The notes under the pieces are model-generated. The model ran no database searches. It worked only from the letters and a program-made list of their open reading frames with translations, and was not told where the DNA came from. Of a stretch of 64,000 nucleotides of DNA, positions 61,769-64,000 are shown one piece after another. Position numbers and translations under genes: made by a program. This DNA comes from Promethearchaeota archaeon. GTDB taxonomy: Archaea > Asgardarchaeota > Lokiarchaeia > Sigyniarchaeales > SOKP01. The stretch lies in the NCBI GenBank assembly GCA_048939995.1, contig JBHLOY010000001.1, forward strand, positions 398,449 to 462,448, given 5' to 3'. Each line of letters begins with the position of its first letter. The first letter of the stretch is position 1.

Positions 61769-62209
61769 ATGACAACTGATTCGAAAGTACTCTATTCAAT
61801 GTTAAATGAACTAGAAATAGCAGATGATGCATTTAAGATTAATATAGACAAATTAATGAGTGTAGGAGTAAAAATTGCTAACAAATCAAAAGATTTTCAG
61901 GACGAATTACAATTATTTGGGGATATTATTTTCCACCTTTATCTAAAAGATATCGATTTTAATATATGGATTATTAACTCAAATGGAATTTTAACATATA
62001 ACACGAGTTTCTATGAACCCGAGTCTGAAAAAAAAAGAGTGATTCATTTCATTCTCGTAAAAAATACGTTGAAACGGATTTTTACTAAAGATTTGGATGC
62101 CGCAGAAGCTTATATGAAAGGTTTTATCGAATTTGATGGTGATTTCTCAGATGCCATGATTGCAAAAAACCTAATGAAAATCTATTCTCATTGTTTAGAA
62201 CATATATAA
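61769..62209 (+). CDS. SCP2 domain protein
   Basis: LDAAEAYMKGFIEFDGDF.DAM. Confidence 0.75.
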   Translation: MTTDSKVLYSMLNELEIADDAFKINIDKLMSVGVKIANKSKDFQDELQLFGDIIFHLYLKDIDFNIWIINSNGILTYNTSFYEPESEKKRVIHFILVKNTLKRIFTKDLDAAEAYMKGFIEFDGDFSDAMIAKNLMKIYSHCLEHI

Positions 62210-62303
62210 GAAAAAGAGATATACTTATACTATTTATCAAAAATTTTTTTAGATATAAAATATGAAATAATTATACTGTTATATTGTTTGATCCCCCTTT
62301 TTA

Positions 62304-62407
62304 GGGCCTATAATCTAGTCTGGATTTAAGTTTTTATGAATGAATTTAACAGAAAGGGTGCCCGGCTTCGGACTGGGATGTCGCAGGTTCGAATCCTGCT
62401 AGGCCCG
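62304..62407 (+). tRNA. tRNA-Arg(TCG) with D-loop intron (~62326-62354)
   Basis: Acceptor stem GGGCCTA/TAGGCCC; anticodon arm CCCGG-CTTCGGA-CTGGG; T arm GCAGG-TTCGAAT-CCTGC. Removing 29 nt gives 75 nt. Confidence 0.9.
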
Positions 62408-62422
62408 TTTTTTAGTTTGATT

Positions 62423-62683
62423 TTAAAATAACAATATCATAATAAAAGGTATTAACCAAAATATTATTCCAAGTATTCCAAGTATTAACCCTGCTATTGC
62501 TAAACCGGGAGAATCATCTTTCTTAATTCCTATCCCCCCACAAATTATAGCGATAACTGAAGATAAAAGTGGTACATACCATAAGATTACAACTGGCAAT
62601 GGCATTGGAAAGAGTAAAAGCAAAGCAGATAATAATCCGATTATTCCAAACACTAATGAGACAATACCAAGAGCTTTTCCCAT
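62423..62683 (-). CDS. Small membrane protein (DUF4190-like)
   Basis: GIVSLVFGIIG...IAIICG.IG...LAIAGLILG; GGAGG before ATG 62683. Confidence 0.7.
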   Translation of the reverse strand: MGKALGIVSLVFGIIGLLSALLLLFPMPLPVVILWYVPLLSSVIAIICGGIGIKKDDSPGLAIAGLILGILGIIFWLIPFIMILLF

Positions 62684-63227
62684 CTTTATTCCTCCTTGGA
62701 TTTCAATTTTCAATTTATAATTGAAATTGGATAGCTTTGAATGTAATATAAATTTTTTCTTTGATATGTCGAATCTTTATGGTAGAAGTCGAGCTATTCT
62801 AATAATCTAAAAGGAATAGACTTAAATGTTTGACTGATCCTAACTATCATTATCAAATAAGGTAAGGATAATGCGTGTAATAATTGTTTATAAATCCTCT
62901 AGCTCTTTATTATGGTTAATTTTCAAGAAGAAAGGGGTTCAAATAAATAATTTTCGATTAGACTCTGGAAAGGAATCAATATTTCTATCATATCCTGATT
63001 TTGAACCATATAGAACAATCCTTCTCAAGGAGAGAAAAAGAGGAAAAAATCCTCAACACTCAGCTGCTGATTAATTAGAAATTTTATTAGATTGTTTTTT
63101 ATAACAAATTGTGGATAACATCTTTCATCAAAAAAAGCTTGTTTTTGTTTTGTACTATTGAAACAAAATATTTTCATAAATTGAAAATTTAAATTCTCTT
63201 CTGTTTTCATATCTAATTAAGAAGTTT

Positions 63228-63343
63228 TATTAACACAAATATTTAATAATCTTTGTACACAAATGTTTTTTATTAGCACAAAACTTTATAAATGCAAAAA
63301 TAATATTTATTTGTTAGCAAAGAAAAAAAAGTTATTAACACAA
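63228..63343 (+). repeat. Degenerate direct repeats TATTA(A/G)CACAA upstream of the last gene
   Basis: Copies at 63228, 63271 and 63333, plus partial copies near 63253, 63290 and 63311. Confidence 0.4.
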
Positions 63344-63362
63344 TAATAAATCCCAAAATATT

Positions 63363-64000
63363 ATGATTGTATTAGAGGATTCCCTCTCTGAAGTAATAGA
63401 GGAATATCGTCCTTTAGAGATGTTAGGGATAGGTTTAGTTTCTATAACCCCCAGGAATCATAATATAATTTTTCATAAGGGAATTGGCATCCAACTTCTA
63501 AATAAGCTAGTTGCGTTATATAAAGGAGAAATAATTGAAAAAAGAGAAGGAATATTTATAGATTATTTAGGTTCTTTCATTGTCTATATTCATTTCTATG
63601 AAGTAGAAAAGGAAGTTTTTACTATTTTCTATCTCAATGAAAAAAATAAGTTAATTAAATATGAACGTTTATGTGCTCTCTCAAATATTATAATGACATG
63701 TTATTGTTCGAATATTTCTACTTTAGAACTATTTAGTGTTTGTAATAGGATTATTCCTTGCGTGAAAGGTATTTCAGCCATATTTATAATATATAGAAGT
63801 GGCCATTCTTTATTCACTAAAGTAAATAAGGAAAAAAAATTCTTAGCTGAAAATCAAATTCAAGTTAGTGGATTTATCTCAGCAATCTTGGCATTTTCTA
63901 AAGAAGTAATAGGGAAAGAATCTGGGGAAGGCCTCCAGGCAATTATTTTCGAGAATGAAAGATTTTTTGTCCATGTAAGAGATAATATAATTTTTGCTTA
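63363..64000 (+). CDS. Longin-like domain protein (truncated by window end)
   Basis: Manual translation is open to the window end; ISAIFIIYRSGHSLF...VSGFISAILAFSKEVIG...LQAIIF matches the Asgard longin-like pattern. Confidence 0.7.
   Translation, partial: MIVLEDSLSEVIEEYRPLEMLGIGLVSITPRNHNIIFHKGIGIQLLNKLVALYKGEIIEKREGIFIDYLGSFIVYIHFYEVEKEVFTIFYLNEKNKLIKYERLCALSNIIMTCYCSNISTLELFSVCNRIIPCVKGISAIFIIYRSGHSLFTKVNKEKKFLAENQIQVSGFISAILAFSKEVIGKESGEGLQAIIFENERFFVHVRDNIIFA

Noticed and set aside
62408-63210. Integrated element at tRNA-Arg; ORFs 62871-63074 and 63025-63210
   Set aside because: No integrase or duplicated tRNA 3' end was seen in the window, and the ORFs are short and motif-less.
63228-63343. 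CRISPR array
   Set aside because: The repeats are about 11 nt and degenerate, the spacers are too short, and there are no cas genes.

Overview
AT-rich (roughly 30% GC by eye), gene-dense archaeal chromosome segment, most likely from an Asgard archaeon (Lokiarchaeia-like). The lineage is inferred from archaeal-type intron-containing tRNAs, GGTGA/GGAGG ribosome-binding sites, a divergent small GTPase, a longin-like protein and three SCP2 paralogues. From left to right the window holds: an amidase, GNAT, SRPBCC and crotonase genes; an AbrB plus heterodimeric ABC exporter cassette; a PadR-led operon (BtrH-like, QW-repeat, methyltransferases, DUF3795, UvrA-like); an acyl-CoA ligase/HEAT/Liv-type ABC importer cluster; an ArsR/DUF166/Acr3/methyltransferase-HgcA-like/HgcB-like locus; an inactive-AAA/Smc5/6-like/kleisin/winged-helix operon; housekeeping genes; and two tRNAs with non-canonical introns. 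The best candidate for a new system is the last gene of the arsenic/HgcAB-like operon. It reads Gly-Cys-TGA-TGA, stays open for 35 more codons, and is followed immediately by a eukaryote-type SECIS-like kink-turn hairpin (AUGA...AAAA...GA). This suggests a previously undescribed ubiquitin-fold selenoprotein (Cys-Sec-Sec) linked to a corrinoid metal(loid)-methylation module. Several genes also appear to start at ATT/ATA. No CRISPR array, transposase or rRNA was seen. All protein calls are by motif recognition, not database search.
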